A stretch of 64,000 bases of DNA, from positions 27,170-91,169 of the forward strand of contig JAQBTX010000001.1 in the NCBI GenBank assembly GCA_027624795.1, read 5' to 3'. A program made the translations under genes and the position numbers. The stretch is from a bacterium (GTDB lineage: Bacteria > Patescibacteriota > Microgenomatia > UBA1406 > GWC2-37-13). Under the pieces are notes generated by a model. The model was not told the origin of the DNA. It did no database searches and saw nothing but the letters and a program-made list of their open reading frames with translations. Below, in pieces: positions 63,640 through 64,000 of this stretch (its first letter is position 1; every line of letters starts with the position of its first letter).

Positions 63640-64000
63640 TTATATTTGTTGTGTAATAGTAGTAGTTGAATAGTCAGAGAGCAATCGAGTAACAATTTCT
63701 ATCCGCCCCCCCATTTGTTCTAGTTGCTTCTTTTTGTTTTCCGCTTGTCCATCTCCTTCAGTAATAGCAATGACGTGTGGTTTTATAGTTGCTACCATCT
63801 GAGTGTATTCAGAATCACTGGTAAAATAGGGAAGAAGTAAAACAGCGTCTACGCTTCGAAGCTCTATTAATATTTCGGCTCGCTGCTCTTGGGTATGTAT
63901 GGGTTTTCGATGTTTGTGGTTCACGATATACTCATCAGATTCAAGGGCTACTAAGAGAAATGTATCCGGACGTTTTGCGTTTTTTAAGAATGTGATGTGG
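63640..64000 (-). CDS. Cytidylyltransferase-like nucleotidyltransferase, truncated at its 5' end by the window edge
   Basis: The reading frame stays open to position 64000 (...HITFLKNAKRPDTFLLVALESDEYIVNHKHRKPIHTQEQRAEIL..VDAV). Pattern resembles glycerol-3-P cytidylyltransferase / RfaE domain II / FAD-synthase-like enzymes. Confidence 0.6.
   Translation of the reverse strand, partial: HITFLKNAKRPDTFLLVALESDEYIVNHKHRKPIHTQEQRAEILIELRSVDAVLLLPYFTSDSEYTQMVATIKPHVIAITEGDGQAENKKKQLEQMGGRIEIVTRLLSDYSTTTITQQI

Noticed and set aside
63597-63660. The palindromes ATGAATAgTATTCAT and ACAAATAT...ATATTTGT between the convergent small basic protein gene and the cytidylyltransferase gene, as a bidirectional terminator.
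   Set aside because: They are AT-only stems. One arm lies inside the downstream ORF and there are no flanking U-runs on either strand. They cannot be distinguished from background AT-rich palindromes.
1-64000. Alternative genetic code (UGA recoding as in some CPR lineages), CRISPR arrays, tRNA/rRNA genes, transposases, integrases and prophage.
   Set aside because: All conserved genes are intact under the standard code, and TGA is used as a stop (for example 36279-36281 in an ATGA overlap). No spaced direct-repeat arrays, cloverleaf-like GC segments or mobile-element proteins were seen in any intergenic gap.

Overview
Gene-dense, AT-rich bacterial chromosome segment with almost no intergenic DNA. 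By inference it looks like a reduced Candidate Phyla Radiation (Patescibacteria)-type genome. All calls come from reading the sequence and ORF translations by eye; no searches were run.

Layout:
- 148-18018 (minus strand): a tuf / S10 / spc / alpha ribosomal super-operon with 31 r-protein genes plus secY, adk, map, infA and rpoA. rpmJ and rpmG were missing from the ORF track and were found by hand.
- Oddities in that operon: no L30; rpsS moved from the L2/L22 junction to between rpsN and rpsH; rpmG sits between secY and adk; adk is fused to a second P-loop kinase; L24 carries a CxxC...CxxC knuckle; a consensus promoter, structured leader and U-run sit between rpsJ and rplC.
- The rest is housekeeping: UvrD-nuclease fusion, a folate/queuosine salvage cluster, coaBC, miaB, a nucleotide-sugar/GT2-GtrA envelope cluster, argS, recJ, rmuC, infB, nusA, radA, efp-epmA, the hrcA-grpE-dnaK-dnaJ operon with a CIRCE-like operator, cca and secDF.
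- No rRNA, tRNA, CRISPR, transposase, integrase or phage genes were seen. The standard genetic code fits.

Most interesting:
1. An orphan module at 38.3-40.9 kb, directly upstream of argS: a class-II aaRS catalytic core without an anticodon domain, a self-contained promoter-to-terminator micro-transcript (a leaderless 23-codon ORF or a leader RNA), an unknown 172-aa protein, and a GNAT with a Cys/His tail.
2. A dispersed family of small GC-rich hairpin elements (GTCATYCC...GGRATC). Some lie in intergenic DNA and some are in frame inside housekeeping genes (uvrD-like, coaBC, miaB, rfbD, argS), with compensatory stem substitutions.
3. Operon-first genes whose -10 box sits 5-9 nt from the ATG, implying leaderless mRNAs, together with systematic 3' overlaps of convergent genes.
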